Source of the DNA: Ginglymostoma cirratum
Taxonomy: Eukaryota
Reading direction: 5' to 3'
NCBI GenBank assembly: GCA_024137785.1
Contig: JAHRHZ010000283.1
Coordinates: 59,475,309-59,539,308, forward strand
DNA length: 64,000 nucleotides
Below, one piece after another: positions 38,914-52,949 of the stretch. A model generated the notes under the pieces. It ran no database searches, was not told the DNA's origin, and was given only the letters and a program-made list of their open reading frames with translations. The position numbers and the translations under genes are program-made. How positions within the stretch are numbered: the first letter of the stretch is position 1; each line of letters starts with the position of its first letter.

Positions 38914-39875
38914 TTGCAATGAGTTTGTTTTAAGGAAAAAAAATGTCTACTGACATAATTTAAATAAGAAACAAATGCATCCCTTGTAAGTACTTGTGCT
39001 TCGAACCAACACTCCAAACAGAACACTCCCTGTTCTACTTTCAATTTCAACCACAAATCCTTTGTTTTACCTGCTACAGCTTCCTGAGGGGTATTCCAAT
39101 CTGGAACCAAACCAAGGTGTGACACAGTTCCCAGGAATTCACTCTAACTCTCAATCTGATAATTGCTTCCAAAATGTTTTCTCCTTGAGAAAATCACTGC
39201 CAATTTCATCCATTAGCTTCGCTAGGCAGATCTTAATTTTCTTGAATCAGCACATGCTTATAGTCCTTGCACAGAGTCAGAACTCTGTGCCTGATTTCTG
39301 TTTGTCTAGAACACCTGGCAAATTCGGCTTGTCTTCTCTAAACAGCCACACTGCCTCACAGCCTGTTATAATATCTCTGCTGATTTCATCATCAAGAACC
39401 TCCTCCTCCATGTGCCCAATGGGACGCAGCCTTTTTCTAAATAAAATGCAAATCACTTGTCTTTAAGTTGCTCCTTTTTGGATCCAAAAGTGTATGGCCT
39501 TCCTTAATTTGTAAACTATCTGTAAACCTTTCTTTTGGAACTCCTAAAATTGCATGAATAATTTAACCCCAATTTTGCACCTTCTCTTCAAACCCTCTCC
39601 TCAGTTGCCTAGAAACCTGCCTCCTTGAGATACTGAGAGGTGCCATTATACTCCTAGGTGTAAATATTTCAGCAACACGACTTCTGACTTTATTCTGCAA
39701 CTCCAGGCCTATTTATTAAGCTATCCCGACCACACACACTCCCATCTGTCTCAAAAATAACACAAAAGCTTCCAGACTCCAGAGCTAGGATATTAGAAAG
39801 CAGAAGTTACAATCCTAAAACATATCCTGGCAAACAGATACACTAGTAAAAAGGTTGTTCCATTTTGTATCCCAG

Positions 39876-40043
39876 GGAGCCAGTGGTGGTGATGCTGGTT
39901 GCAGCGTGAAGGAGGAGGATGTTCCAGAAAATACAGGTTGCAAACTGCAGCAGGTGAAGAAAAAAGGTGAATTGCAGCGAGACTGTGCCACCTACTGGCC
40001 TCATAACTGGCGTAACAAGCTGTGTACCTGCCAGTCCTGCATG
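39876..40043 (+). CDS. UBR7: UBR7 exon 8
   Basis: GASGG...GCKLQQVKKK...ATYWPHNWRNKLCTCQSCM; 168 nt. Confidence 0.93.
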
Positions 40044-40699
40044 GTATGTTTGTCTTCTCCCGTGACTTTTCTTTATCCACCCCCCCCCCCCCACTTTTTT
40101 TTTAAAAATAGTTTTGATTTGAATTATGCTTGTTTAGTTTGTCTTGGAATTTTTTCCTTTAGTATACAAACAGTTTTGGTTAAACCAGTACCACAAATCT
40201 ATCTTGTAACATATTTGAAACCAGTAACGTCGGAGATAGACTAGAGACGTTCTGCATTCTTAATCGCATGAAATTGCGGCTAATCAGTGTTCAGTCTGCA
40301 CTGTTCTTCCACTGGAATCTCTCTCATACAGGTGCTGTTTCTTCCAACAGCTTCAGTTTATTGTTGTTTCCAGCACTTGCAGTTTTGTGGTTTCTATTTT
40401 GAAACCAAGAACGGACCATCAGTCACAATCTAACTTGGAAAGAGAGCCATTCTGCAAACACAGTGTAGCTGCTTGTATATCTAAAGTTGTTAGAATGTCC
40501 ACAATGAGAGGTCGTAGGATATCTCTACAAAACAAGGTCTACTTAAGTACATTTTGATGTTTGTTTCCAAGGCATCATTACAGGGGTTCCCCCAATTTGT
40601 GAATGCCTGACTTAATGAGTTTAGTAACAGTCTCACGGTGAAGCAATCTGGGATCAGGGTCCTCCCACTCTTTGCAGAGTGTTGGGAGGAAACAGTGAC

Positions 40700-43600
40700 A
40701 TCACAGGAAGACTGGCGTGTTCGGAGTAGAGTAAAACTGGATTAGAGGCTCCAAGGGAGAGAGCTGATTGGTAAGTAGTAGGTAAGATCAGGTAAACATT
40801 TACAACTATTATGGCTTGTGGTTTGCGAGGTCCTTTTTTGTGGTTTATAGTTTCTCAGTTGTAATTTTCAGTAACCAGGAACAGGAGAGAAGGGCCCTAG
40901 AGAAATCGATATTGTTTGATATACAACCACTTCCGAAAGGTTTAATCTAATGGAGTAAGTGATGGCAGGAGAACTCAAAGCTGAGTTTGCTTCTCTGTGG
41001 GAAGCCGGGCATATTTTCAGTGCCTGGACCTGGAATTGTACAGGAAGTGTCTCCAGCCGCAGCTCCTGGAAGGCCCTGGGTTTCGGAACTGATGTGGCAC
41101 CTGGGGACACTGTGGAGCGTCCACAAAGCTGAGCGAATTGTGGATAGAATGGAGAGGGAGGTGGTCACACTGCAGGCTAAGACTCCACAAGCAGAGAAAG
41201 AATGAATGAGCCCCCCAGGGAGAGAAAGAGGACTAGGCAGGTAGTGTGGGAACACCCTGTGGCCGTTCCCTGAAAAAAGGGATAGACCGCTTTGGATACT
41301 GTTGAGGGGAATGACCTCCCTGGGGTGGGGGGGGGAAGGAGAGCATCAGTCAATTTCGTGGTACTATGGTTGGCTTAGCTGCACAAGGGAAGAGCAAAAA
41401 TGTGGCAATCCAATCGACATAAAGGATTCCATGATAAGAGAAATAAATAGGCATTTCTGTGGCCCAAAAGAGTCACGAGGAAGGCATGTTGCCTCGATAG
41501 TGCTAGGGTCAAGGATTCTCTGAATGGCTACAGGACATCCTGGAGGGGCAGGTTGAACAGCCAGTGGTTGTGGTACGTATTCATAACAATGACATTTGTT
41601 TTTACAAATAAAAAGGGATGTGATCCTAAAAGGAGAACACTGGGAGTTAGGAAGCAAGCTGAAAAGTAGGACCTCCCAGATAGAGATCTCGGGATTACTA
41701 CCAGTGCCACATGCTTAGAGTAGAAATAGCAGGATATATCTGATGAACGCATGGCAAAAAAGATGGTGTGACCCAGAGGGCTTCCATTTCCTGGAGCATT
41801 GGGAGCAGTTCTAGGGGAGGTGGGACCAGAACAAACTGGATGAGCCAGCCCTGATGCCTGGGGGAATATTTGCAAGAGTCTTTAAACTAAAGTGGCAGGA
41901 AGATGGTAACCTATGCGAGGAATTAGGGGAAGGGGAATTAAAGACAAAAACAAAAGACAGGAAGGATGTAAGAGAAGTGAGAGGCAGAGAAATCATACGT
42001 CAGAATCAAACAAGTTTCTGTTTTTAAAAAAAAAAGTGGGAATGGGACAAGGAACATGTTGGGTGGTGGAGAGGGAGGAAAGTAAGCCTTAAGGCTTTGT
42101 ACACAAATGCACAGAGCATTTGAAACGAAGTGGATGATTATACCCATTTACATCTATTTGCATGATTAATGTATTTGGAATCATGGAGACATTACTGGGG
42201 TGGGATAGGAATGGAACGTACATGGATATTCAATGTTTAGGAAGGACAGACAAAAAAGGAAAGTTGGTGGAGTTACATTACTAGTTAAAGAGGATATCAA
42301 CACAATATTGAGGAAAGATATTATATCAGACAATGTGTGGGTAGAAATACTAAGAGCAAAAAACATTAGTGGAGTGTTATATAGACCATTAGTAACTGTA
42401 TTGCTGATGTTGGGACTGGCATTAACAGGAAATCAGACATGTACGTGGTAAAAGAGCTTCTGTAATTATGGGTGACTTTAACCTGCATATAGATTGGTAT
42501 TGTGACTAATTTGATTCACCCGTAGAGAATGTTCCTGGAGTGTATACAAGATGATTTTCTGGACCAATATGTTGAGGAACCAACTAGAGACCTGGCAATG
42601 TTAGACTGGGTATTATGCAATAAGAAAGGAGTTCTTGTAGTTGTGAGAAACCCCTTTGGCGATGAGTGACCATAATACTATAGAATTCTTCAAGATTGAA
42701 CTGATTCTGAGACTAGGTTCCTGAATCCTAAGGGAAACTACAGTGATATGAGGTGTGAGTTGGCTATGATGGATTGGGCAATATTACTGAAAAGAATGAC
42801 AGTGGATAGCCAATGGAAAACATTCAAAGATTGGAATGGCTGAATGACAAGAATTGTCAGGTGCAAGATTGCTAATAGAACAATGCCCAACTATAGCTTA
42901 TGAGGGAAATTAGCAAAGAAACAAACAATAGACCTGAGGATTGGGAACAGTCGAGAACTCAGCAAAGGAGGACCAAGGGATTGATTTAAGAAGCGGGGAA
43001 AATAGTGTCAGCTTGTGCGGAACATTAGAACTGACTAAAAATTTCTATCAGTATGTAAAAAGAAAAAGATTGGTGAAAACCAATGTAAGTCCCTTACAGT
43101 CAGAAGAGAAACTTTTAATGGGGAACAAAGAAATGGCTGATGAATTTAATTCATGTTTTACTTCTGTCATCTCAAAGGACAGCATGAATAATGTACCAGA
43201 AATAATAGGGAGCACAGGGTTTAGTGAGAGCGAGGAACTGAAGCATATCTGCATTAGTGGAGAAATAGTGTTGGAAAAGTTGATGGGATTGAAGGTGGAT
43301 AAATCCTCGGTCTAATAATCTGCATCCGAGAACATTTAAGGAAGTGGGCCTAGAAATAATTGGTGATGATCTTCCAAGAATCTTTAGTTTCTAGAGCAAT
43401 TCCTACAGATTTGGAGGGAAGCTAATATAACCCAACTATTTATAAAAGGAAGTAGAGACAAAACAGGGGATTATAGACCAGTGAGTCTGCCGGCAGTAGT
43501 GGTGAAGATGCCAGAGTCCATTATCCAGAATTTTATAGCAGAGTGCTTAGAAACAATGGTGGAATCGGACACAGTCAGCATGGATTTATAAAAGCAAAAT

Positions 43601-44910
43601 CATGCTCGATAAATCTGCTGGAATTCTTCAAGGATGTAATGAGTAGGGTTGATAGGGGGAGCCAGTGGATGGAGTTTATTTGGACTTTGAGAAGGCTTTT
43701 GACAAAGCCCCACATAAGAGATTAATGTGTAAAATTTAAAGCGCGTGGTTTTGGGGGTACTTCGATGTATTTCGATGGAAAGAAAGCTGGTTAGCAGAGA
43801 TGAAGGGTTTAGGCCCGAAACGTCAAGTTTTCCTGCTCCTATGATGCTGCTTGACCTGCTGTGTTCATCCAGCCCCATGCTTGTTATCTCTTAAGCTGGT
43901 TAGCAGACAGGAAATGAGAATAGGAATAAATGGGTCTTTTTCTGATTGGTGGGCAGGTGCTGCAGGGATCGACACTGGGACCCCATCAATTCACAATAAT
44001 ATGTTAATGGTTTAGACGAGAGAACTAAAAGCTGGGTGTAAGGGTGAGCTGTGAGGGGGATGTAGAGATGTTGCAGTGTGATTTGGACAGGCTGAGTGAG
44101 TGGGGAAAATGCAGTATAATGTGGATAAATGAGAGGCTAACCACTTTGGCAGCAAGAACAGGAAAGCAAACTATTAGTTGAATGGCTGTAAATTGAGAAA
44201 GGGGAATGTTCAACAAAACCTGGGTGTCCTCATGCACTAGTCACTGAAAGTAAACACACAGGTGGCAAACTGTACATTGACCTTCATAATGAGAGGTATT
44301 GAGTAAAGGAACTAAGATGTCTTTCTGAAATCATACAGAGCATTGTTGACGCTACACCTGGATTACTGTGTGCTGTTTTTGTCTCCTTCTCTACAGGAGA
44401 TGCTCTTACTATTAGAGGGAGTGCAGTGAAGTTCACGATATTGATTTGTGGAATAGCAGCACTATTGATGAGGAGAGTTTGAGTTTGGTTGTATTCACAC
44501 TGAGTTTGGTTGTAGGCTTGTATTCACTGCAGTTTGGAAGAATGAGGGGGGAATCTTATAGATTTCTCTAAAATTTTAACAGAACTAGACTAAAGGATGT
44601 TCCTGATGGCAGGGGGAGTCCAGAACCAGGGGTCATAGTTTAAGTATAAGGGTAAATCTTTAGGACTGAGATGTGGAGAAATTTCTTCATCGAGAGTACT
44701 GAACCTGTGGAATTCACTACCACAAAGTGGTTGAGGCCTAAACATTGTTTTCAAGGAGGTGGATATGGCTGTTGTGGCTAAAGGCATGGAGGGATACGGG
44801 GGAGGGTGGGATTAGGGTATTGAGCTCAATGATCAGACACCACGTTGAATGGTGGAACAGGCTCGAGGAGTTGAAAGGCCTGTTGTTCTTATCCTCTGTT
44901 TCTACAAATG
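40700..44910 (+). mobile_element. Near full-length decayed CR1 LINE (ORF1 esterase remnant + ORF2)
   Basis: EQPVVVV remnant, YTNAQSI, MGDFN, SDHN, NKEMADE, YRPVSL, QHGFIKAKSC, and a 3' tail; many stops and frameshifts. Confidence 0.85.
43799..43892 (+). mobile_element. 94-bp Penelope family-A insert nested in CR1
   Basis: GATGA-A-GGGT TTAG GCCC-GAAACGTC-AAGT...; perfect 15-bp TSD AAGCTGGTTAGCAGA at 43784-43798 and 43893-43907. Confidence 0.85.
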
Positions 44911-45707
44911 TGATCTGATACAGGGATGTAATTTTAAAGACCTGACACATGAACGTTTCCTGTATTTATGAACAGCTTTTTTTTTATATTGTCCTGCATT
45001 GTGACCTGACTTGCTTACAAATTGACTTGCGAATGGAACCTGTATGCAACCCAGGGACTGTCTGTACATATACTTAACTCTTTTTTTTGTCTGGGAATGT
45101 TGGTATAAAGCTGATTTTTGGGAAGGGAGGGGAAATTGTGGTGTTAACCCCGCCCCCCACCGTTTTTGTTTCGAAAGCAGTATAACTATAATGTTTGTGC
45201 TTGGATTCCTGACCACTGTCACATTCTTGTAGCGTACACACAATACCAGCGTACAATGGTAGGAATGCTTAAAAGTACAAGAAATAGTTCCGAAAGAACA
45301 TGGTTCGTCTTCATCTGAAAAGACTGGTGACAGCCTGTGCTTCTTTGACACAGGAGTGAAAAGATCTGATTAACAAAAGAAATTTTAATGCATCCACACC
45401 ATTTTATTTTAATTGGCAAAATAAAGACTAAATACTGATTGACATTTCACACATGTCTGTGAATTAAATACCGATGTGGATTGACAGTCTAACAGTTTTA
45501 GTTCAAAGAAATTCTTCCTATTTCCACAATTTGTCTCTTTTTTTCCTGTCTCTTTTCTTTCAATCACTTTGACTTAAACACAATTGACATTTCACAGTCT
45601 TTGTTTTTAAATGAGGTGTTCGTTGGTAGGGTGTTGATGTAAATAAAATTTCTCATTGCGACTTGGTCAGTTTGTATTCACAAGTAAGAGTTAGTCTTTC
45701 TTTTCAG

Positions 45708-45876
45708 AACCTGTATAATGAACTGGAAATCTCCTTTCTGTTGGACGAATTTGATACTGTGCTGGCCTATGAAAATAAAGGCAAAACAGTTGAAGAGACT
45801 GAACGAGAAAAATGTGATCCATTGATGACTGCTCTGAGCAACATGAATAGAATCCAACAAGTTGAACTCATTTATG
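45708..45876 (+). CDS. UBR7: UBR7 exon 9
   Basis: NLYNELEISFLLDEFDTVLAYENKGK...DPLMTALSNMNRIQQVELIY; 169 nt. Confidence 0.95.
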
Positions 45877-46593
45877 GTAAACTGTTCCCTTTTTTCCCCC
45901 ACCTGGTGATAATTGAATAGACTTTTTTTTTCTAAAGCAATTTAGTTTGAACCCTTAGCTGCTAGGTCACTTGTTTTTTTTGTGGACCTCAAAGTGACTG
46001 AAATCAAGCCTTGTGAATTTAGATTATAGGATGGATCTCCAGAGTAATATGCCAAATCTTTCTTCAGTTGTTGATTTTTGTGAAATTTCAACAGTTTTTG
46101 AGTACATAAACTTGTACAAAGTGATGGAATGAAATCTGATTCTGCTCACGAAATTTTTCATTTGTTCTAGAATATATGTTCAGGATTTGGGATCTGGACT
46201 GTAGTGTTGGGATGGGTGAATTTTCGATATTACTAGTGTATTTTAATTCTTACTAGATCCTTAAAGCTTCCCCGTTTATACCTTCTGGCAGGTTTACTAA
46301 AACTCTCCCATAAGGAAAAGCTTTTGCTCGTGAGGTTTTTCTTTGAAAGTGAAAATATCTGAAAAATTGTCACTAAATAATTGATAAAATACTGTTAATG
46401 TAAATCTGTAGCTTCTATTTGTCTGGTTTCTATAGTTGAAGTGTTAGTGCACATGAAGTATTGCTTGTCTCCAGCAAATTTATTTTCTGTACTGGATAAG
46501 AAATGACAGACCACAGAATTAAGTCATTATGTTTGCTTTGAGAGTACGGAGTACTTTAATGAGCTGTTTGTGGTTTCTTTTCTCTTTGACTAG

Positions 46594-46655
46594 AATACAA
46601 TGATTTAAAGACTGAACTGAAAGATTATCTGAAAAGGTTTGCAGATGAGGGAAAG
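46594..46655 (+). CDS. UBR7: UBR7 exon 10
   Basis: (E)YNDLKTELKDYLKRFADEGK; 62 nt. Confidence 0.95.
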
Positions 46656-47324
46656 GTAAGGATTGTTCAATGTTTTATTGTCTGAAATTTGTTTTACAGC
46701 TATCAGAACTTCAAGGTTAAAATGAACCGCATACCTCATGTGGAATTGTGCCAAGTTCTGTGCTGTTTACTGATGTTAATGGGGTTGCAACAGGAACACA
46801 ATTTGGCTACGTTACAGTGGTGGAGGTGGGGACTGGGCAGTTGGAAGGGAGAATTGGCCTACTATCCTACTGTGTGTCCGGCCTTGAACACTGATCTGAG
46901 GAAATTTTTGTTAGAAGATGAGTATTGAATAAGCTTGCACCTTGGGGGCTGTTACTTTTTTTTTGAAACCTTCCCTCAGTAAGATGTACAGAAGGAAAGA
47001 ACAAAAACACTGAGGTTAGATAAGGTAAAGTACTTTAGATTCCTGCTAAATTCCAGATCTTGTGTAAAACCATGCAAGTGATCCAATCTAATTCAAGAGT
47101 TTGGGTATTTCTTTACTGATCCATCCTCTGACAGTTCTGCGTTATTCCACCTTGGCTTCTCTGGAGCCGTGGTCACAAGGCCAGACTCCTTACACCTTTT
47201 TCTCCTTTAAGCTCAGGAGGAAGAGTTTTTTTTTTGGCTTGGTTTCAAGTGGAACTAAAACATCTTCAATAGTGACTTTAGCCAACTTGGCATTTTTGCC
47301 CTACTATCCGGAAAGATTTTTTTT

Positions 47325-47635
47325 AAATCATTCGTGGGACAAGGGTGTCACTGGCTAGGCCAGCATTTATTGCCCGGGGGCAGTCAAGAGTCAACCACAT
47401 TCTGTGGATCTGGAAGCTCACGTAGGCCAGACCAGGTAAGGGTGGCAGTTTCTGTCCCTAAAGGACATCAGTGATCCAAGTGGGTTTTTTTTGACAATGG
47501 AGTTGCGGTCATCATCAGACACTTAATTCCACATTTGTATTGAATTCAACTTCCACCGTCTGCCATGGCGAGATTCAAACCTGGGTCTCTGGATTAATAA
47601 TAGAGCCATAATACCACTATGCTGTTGCCTCCCCT
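47325..47635 (-). mobile_element. Family-2 SINE
   Basis: Reverse complement of the 13855-14200 family, nearly complete. Confidence 0.75.
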
Positions 47636-47771
47636 TTTGACCACACTACCTTTTTCACCATATCTTCTGCATCCATGGAATCACCTTCCATTTATCTGCT
47701 GTGACATTTTGGCTCTAATTTCCTCTGTCAACTACCTTTTGTATTGTCAAAATGCTCTGTGCTGGCATGGA

Positions 47772-50765
47772 CCATAAGACATGGGAGCAGAAATTAGGCC
47801 CCTCAGCCCATTTGAGTTTGCTCCAACATTCAATCATGGCTGATAAGTTTCTCAACCCCTTTCTCCCAATAACCCTTGATCCCCTTGACAATCAGGAACC
47901 TATCTATCTCTGTCTTAGATATACTCAATGACCTGGTCTCCACAGCCTTCTGTGGCAGCGAATTCCATAGATTCACTATTCTCTGGCTGAAGACGTTTCT
48001 CCTTATCTCTATTCTAAAAGGTCTTCCCTTCCCTTTACTCTAAGGCTGTGCCCTTGGTTCCTAGTCTCTCCTAGCAATGGAAACATCTTCCCAACATCCA
48101 CTCTGTCCAGGCCATTCAGTATTCTGTAAATTTCAATGAGATGCCCCCCCTCATCCTCCTAAACTCCATCGAGTATAGACCCAGAGTCCTCAAACGCTCC
48201 TCATATGTTACACTTTTCATTCCTGGGACCATTCTCGTGAACTTCCTATGAACCTGCTCCAGGGCCAGTCCGTCCTTCCTGAGATTTCAGGCCCAAAACT
48301 GCGCACAATACTCCAAATATGACCCGACCAGAGCCTTATAGAGCCTCAGAAGTACATTCCTGCTTTTATATTCAAGTCCTCTCAAAATACGTGCCAAAGT
48401 TGCATTTACCTTCCTAGCTACTGACTCAACCTGCAAGTTTACCTTGAGAGAATCCTGGACTAGAACTCCCAAATCTCTTTGCACTTCAGACTTCTGAATT
48501 TTCTCCCCGTTTAGACAATAGTCCATATCTCTATTCTTCTTTCCAACGTGCATGACCTCACACTTTTTCCCATGTTGTACTCCATCTACCACTTCTTTGC
48601 CCACTCTCCTGACTTGTCCAAATCCTTCTGCAGCCTCCCCACCTCATCAACACTACCTCTTTTTGTGTCATCTGCAAACTTAGCCAGAATGCCCACCGTT
48701 CCTTCATCTAGATCGTTAATGTATAAAGTGAAAAGTTGTGGTCCCAGCACTGACCCTTGTGGAACACCACTTGTCACTGGCTGCCATCCTGAGAGAGACC
48801 CTTTTATCCCCACTCTCTGCTTTCAGCCAGACAGCCAATCTTCTATCCATGCTAGCATCTTGCCTCTAACAACATGGGACCTTATCTTACTCAGCAGCCT
48901 CCTATATGACACCCTGTCAAACACCTTCTTGAAGTCCAGGTAGATAACATCCATTGGCTCTGCTTGGTCTAACCTGCTCATTTCCTCCAAAGTATTCTAG
49001 TAGACTTGTCAGGCATGACCTCCCCTTGATGAAGCCGTGCTGACTTTCCCCATTTAGCCATGCACTTCCAAGTATTCAGAAATCTCATTCTTCACAATGG
49101 ACTCTCAAATCTTACTCACAAGCGAGGTTAGGCTAATAGGTCTGTCATTTTCCGTCTTTTGCCTTACTCCCTTTTTAAACGGGGGTGACGCATTAGCGAT
49201 TTTCCAGTCCTTTGGGACCCTCCCTAACTCTAGCGATTTCCTGAAAGATCATCACTAACACCTCTGCCATCTGTTCAACTATCTCCTTAAGAACTGTGGG
49301 CTGTAGTCCATCTGATCCTGATGGTTTATCTACACCTTCAGGCCATTCAGTTTTTCTAGCACCTTCTCCTTGGTGATCCTCAGCTCTGCCCCTTGACTCT
49401 TGAATTTCTGGGATATTACTCGTGTCTTCTACTGTGAAGACTGATGCGAAGTAATTATTCAGTTCCTCAGCCATTTCCTTGTTCCCCACTACCAACTCTC
49501 TATAGTGTCATCTCTCTAGTGCTAGCCAGGGTAGAAATGAAAGAATAGGCAGGATGAACACGTGGCTTGAGGGATGGTGTAGGAGAGAGGGGTTCAGATT
49601 TGTGGGACACTGAGACCGGTTCTGGGGAAGGTGGGACTATTACAAATTGGATGGTCTACACCTGAACCAGACTGGAACTAGTGTCCTAGGGGGAGTTTTT
49701 GCTAGGGCTGTTGGGGAGGGTTTAAACTAATGTGGCAGGGGTCTGGGAACCAGAGGAGAAGACTAGTAGACAGTGAGGTGGAAACTAGAGACTGTAAGGA
49801 TCATGAAGTTAGCATTACCAAGGGGAAGAGTAGGCAGAGAGCAGATGAACGCAAAGGAACTGGTGTTCTGAAGTGCATATACTTTAATGCAAGGAGTATA
49901 GTGGGTAAGGCAGACGAGCTTAGGTCTTGGATTAGTGCCTGGGAGTATGATGTTATTGCGATCACAGAGACTTGGTTGAAGGAAGGGGATGATTGGCAAC
50001 TAAATGTCCCAGGATATAGATGCTTCAGACAGGACAGGGAGGGAAGTAAAAGTGGGGGAGGAGTTGTATTGCTGGTCAGGGATGATATCACTGCTGTGCT
50101 GAAGGAGGGCACTATGGAGGGCTTGAGCAGTGAGGCATTATGGGTGAGCTGAGAAATAAGAAGGGTGCAGTTACATTGTTGGCGCTGTACTACAGGCCTC
50201 CCAACAGTGAGCGTGAAGTAGAAGAACAAATAGGTCGACAGATTATGGAAAGATGTAGAGGTAACAGGGTGGTGGTGATGGGAGATTTTAATTTTCCCAA
50301 CATTGACTGGGATACGCTTAGTGTCAGAGGTCTGGATGGGGCAGAATTTGAAAGGAGCATCCAGGAAAGTTTTCTAGAGCAGTATGTCAATAGTCCAACT
50401 AGGGAAGGGGCCATATTGGACCTAGTGTTGGGGAATGAGCCAGCCCAGGTGGTAGAAGTTGCAGTGGGGGATTTCTTTGGGAACAGTGACCACAATTCTG
50501 TGAGTTTGAGAATACTCGTAGACAAAGATGAGAGTGGTCCTAAGGGAGGAATACTAAACTCATTGCACAACATTAAATCCAGTATTGCCTGTTCCCTAGT
50601 GGGCTCCACCACAAGTTGCTCCAAAAAACCATCTTGTACACATTCCACAAATTCCTTTTCTTGCAATCCACAACCAACCTGATTTTTCCCAGTCCACCTG
50701 CATATTGAAATCCCCCATGATCACTGTAACTTTTGCCTTTCTGCACACCTTTTCTATCTCCTGGT
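47772..50765 (-). mobile_element. CR1 LINE with internal deletion, interrupted by an opposite-strand CR1 segment
   Basis: RT region ([16 protein letters not shown]) at 47772-49513; endonuclease part (MGDFN...LDLMLCNE) at ~50559-50765. Confidence 0.88.
49514..50560 (+). mobile_element. Internal segment of the young CR1 family (ORF1 end + endonuclease start)
   Basis: ...DGLHLN...GEGLN* then CIYFNARSIVGK...IAITETWL...; 49983-50560 is near-identical to the reverse complement of 20828-21406. Confidence 0.9.
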
Positions 50766-52949
50766 TCTGTTGCTAAAACATTGGTCCTAGCTCAGTTCAG
50801 GACTTGGTGAAAAGACTAAAATTAGAGTAATCCTTTTTTGTTTTTAAAAAAAAGCTTCATTCTTATGCCAAACTTCTTTTTATTATTCTTTTCAAGTCTG
50901 TAACACATATAAATATGTCTGTACTTAGGTGCCCTGTACCTAAGATGGCACCAGAGCAGCAACATTACAAACCTTTCACTTGACCTATTTGAGTGCATGT
51001 GAGAATGAAGTCAATTCAATTCAGAATATTTAATCTGATATTCCATCTTGGATGAGCTGCAATTTTTTCTATTGAAATGTCGAGAAGACTCAAAACCGTC
51101 AGTTTCTGCCTTTTTTTTTACTGATTTAATTTGTAATCTGTAAGATTCTTGAACAGAATCTCATTATCTTCAAAGGTCCTTATCTTGTTTCCTAGGTATC
51201 AACAGTACAAAGACTGCAGTAAACCAATTGTTTAGTCAGACCCTGTGTACAAGCCCTTGTTACCAGGTGGTCACTTGGTAAACAAATTCCACATCTCTTT
51301 TGCCCCTGTAAAATTTGTAAATGAAAGTATAACTGAAGCTTTTGACTTTCATTTTCGTCAGTTTGCAAGAAAACTGAACTTATCCCAAGACAACATGCTC
51401 CACGCTCTACCATTGTAATAGTCTTAATACTTAGAAAATATATTCCGCATCACATATACAGCCTGAAGGGAAAGATTTTGAATTCTCCAGAGGTTTTGCT
51501 GTGATAACCACATCAGGCTTCCTGGCTGTGGTAGTGAGGTACTTGAGGACTGTGGCTTATTCCTCCCTGAATTCTGGACATGCAAGGTGATGCCTTAAAT
51601 AAGGTCATCCAATTGGGTGGTCATTTCACCCTGGCTACATGTGATCAGATCCTGCTTTCAGAAGTGGAGTATCACTAGGTTCATGCCTGTAATGGATGGG
51701 GATTTCCGTAGCTTTTGGTAAGGCAGGAAGAAAACTATTCACACACGAGAGGCTATTGTCTGTTTCAGTTGCCATACAGTGTCTGATGTTTAGCAACTAC
51801 TTCAATGACATGCAGTGATACATTTGGGGGACGTGAGTGTGCTTTTTATTTTGGAAGGTTATTCCACTCTAGGCCTTGGCCTCTACCATCCCTCTTCAGT
51901 GCAGTTCCCCAGCGCGCCCTCCAATCCTGGTAGCCCAAGGATAGGCTGGAGGACTCTATACAGTATGAGGCCAATAATGCTGGCTTCAATCAGAATTCTT
52001 TCCCTAATGTCCACTACTCAGTGGACATTATTCCACCCCACAACTGGTTGCATTTTAATGAGTATAAATGCAAGACGTACAAGAAACACATAAAATGTCA
52101 CAATTCCTTGCACGCCTGGGCCACGGTGAGGGTGAAGCAATTCCATACTGCTCACAGTTCCCATATTATTTTGGCTTTGGGAAATGATTCAACTTCAACT
52201 CCAAAGATACCATCGTTCACATGTTGACTTAGCTATTCCAATGTTCTTTCTATCAGTCAGTTTCTCTTCCAGTCTCAAATTCATCACAACCAAAAGCTTG
52301 GTTCCTTGTAACTTTATCCTAAACTGATTTCTGGTGGCTTGACTGATGTTCTGTGACTTCTAAATTTCATGTCTGGTTCTTCAAATACCTCAAATTTCAA
52401 ATCTCTTAAGAGTTATGAAGTTGTTATCTTTAATTTCCATTTATTTTCTTGTGCAGCCCCCCCCCCCCCAAAACGGGACTTCAGTTATCAAGACTGATCC
52501 TAAAGATCCACCTGACCAAGCTTTTAGTTAATACACATGTACCTTAGCAAGTATGGATGCACTCATTTTGTCAAACACCTTGGAATGTTTTTCCTACATT
52601 AGGTACTGTATAGTGCAATGTTGTGTTGATGTACTTTGTCCATTCTGCAAGAGCAGAAATTGACCATTTAGTCCATCAAGTCTGCTACAGCATTCAGTAC
52701 CTGCTAAACTTGTAAGATGGAATTTTATGACTTGTGCACAATACTCCTAAACTCCTCTGTGCCAAAGCTTTTTGCAGTCTTTCTCCTTTTTAAACTATAT
52801 TCACCTCTATTCTTCTTACTGAAATGCATAACCTCATTTTCTGCCAGATTTTTGCTCACTATTTAAGTCTTTCTGCATTTATCCCCTTTTGAGTCCTATA
52901 AAATTTTTGTATGTTTCAAGGAGATCACTTCAGATCCCTAATTCTAGAT

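Noticed and set aside
38996-39466. 156-aa ORF
   Set aside because: Probably old LINE-derived sequence; no motif or exon signals I can support.
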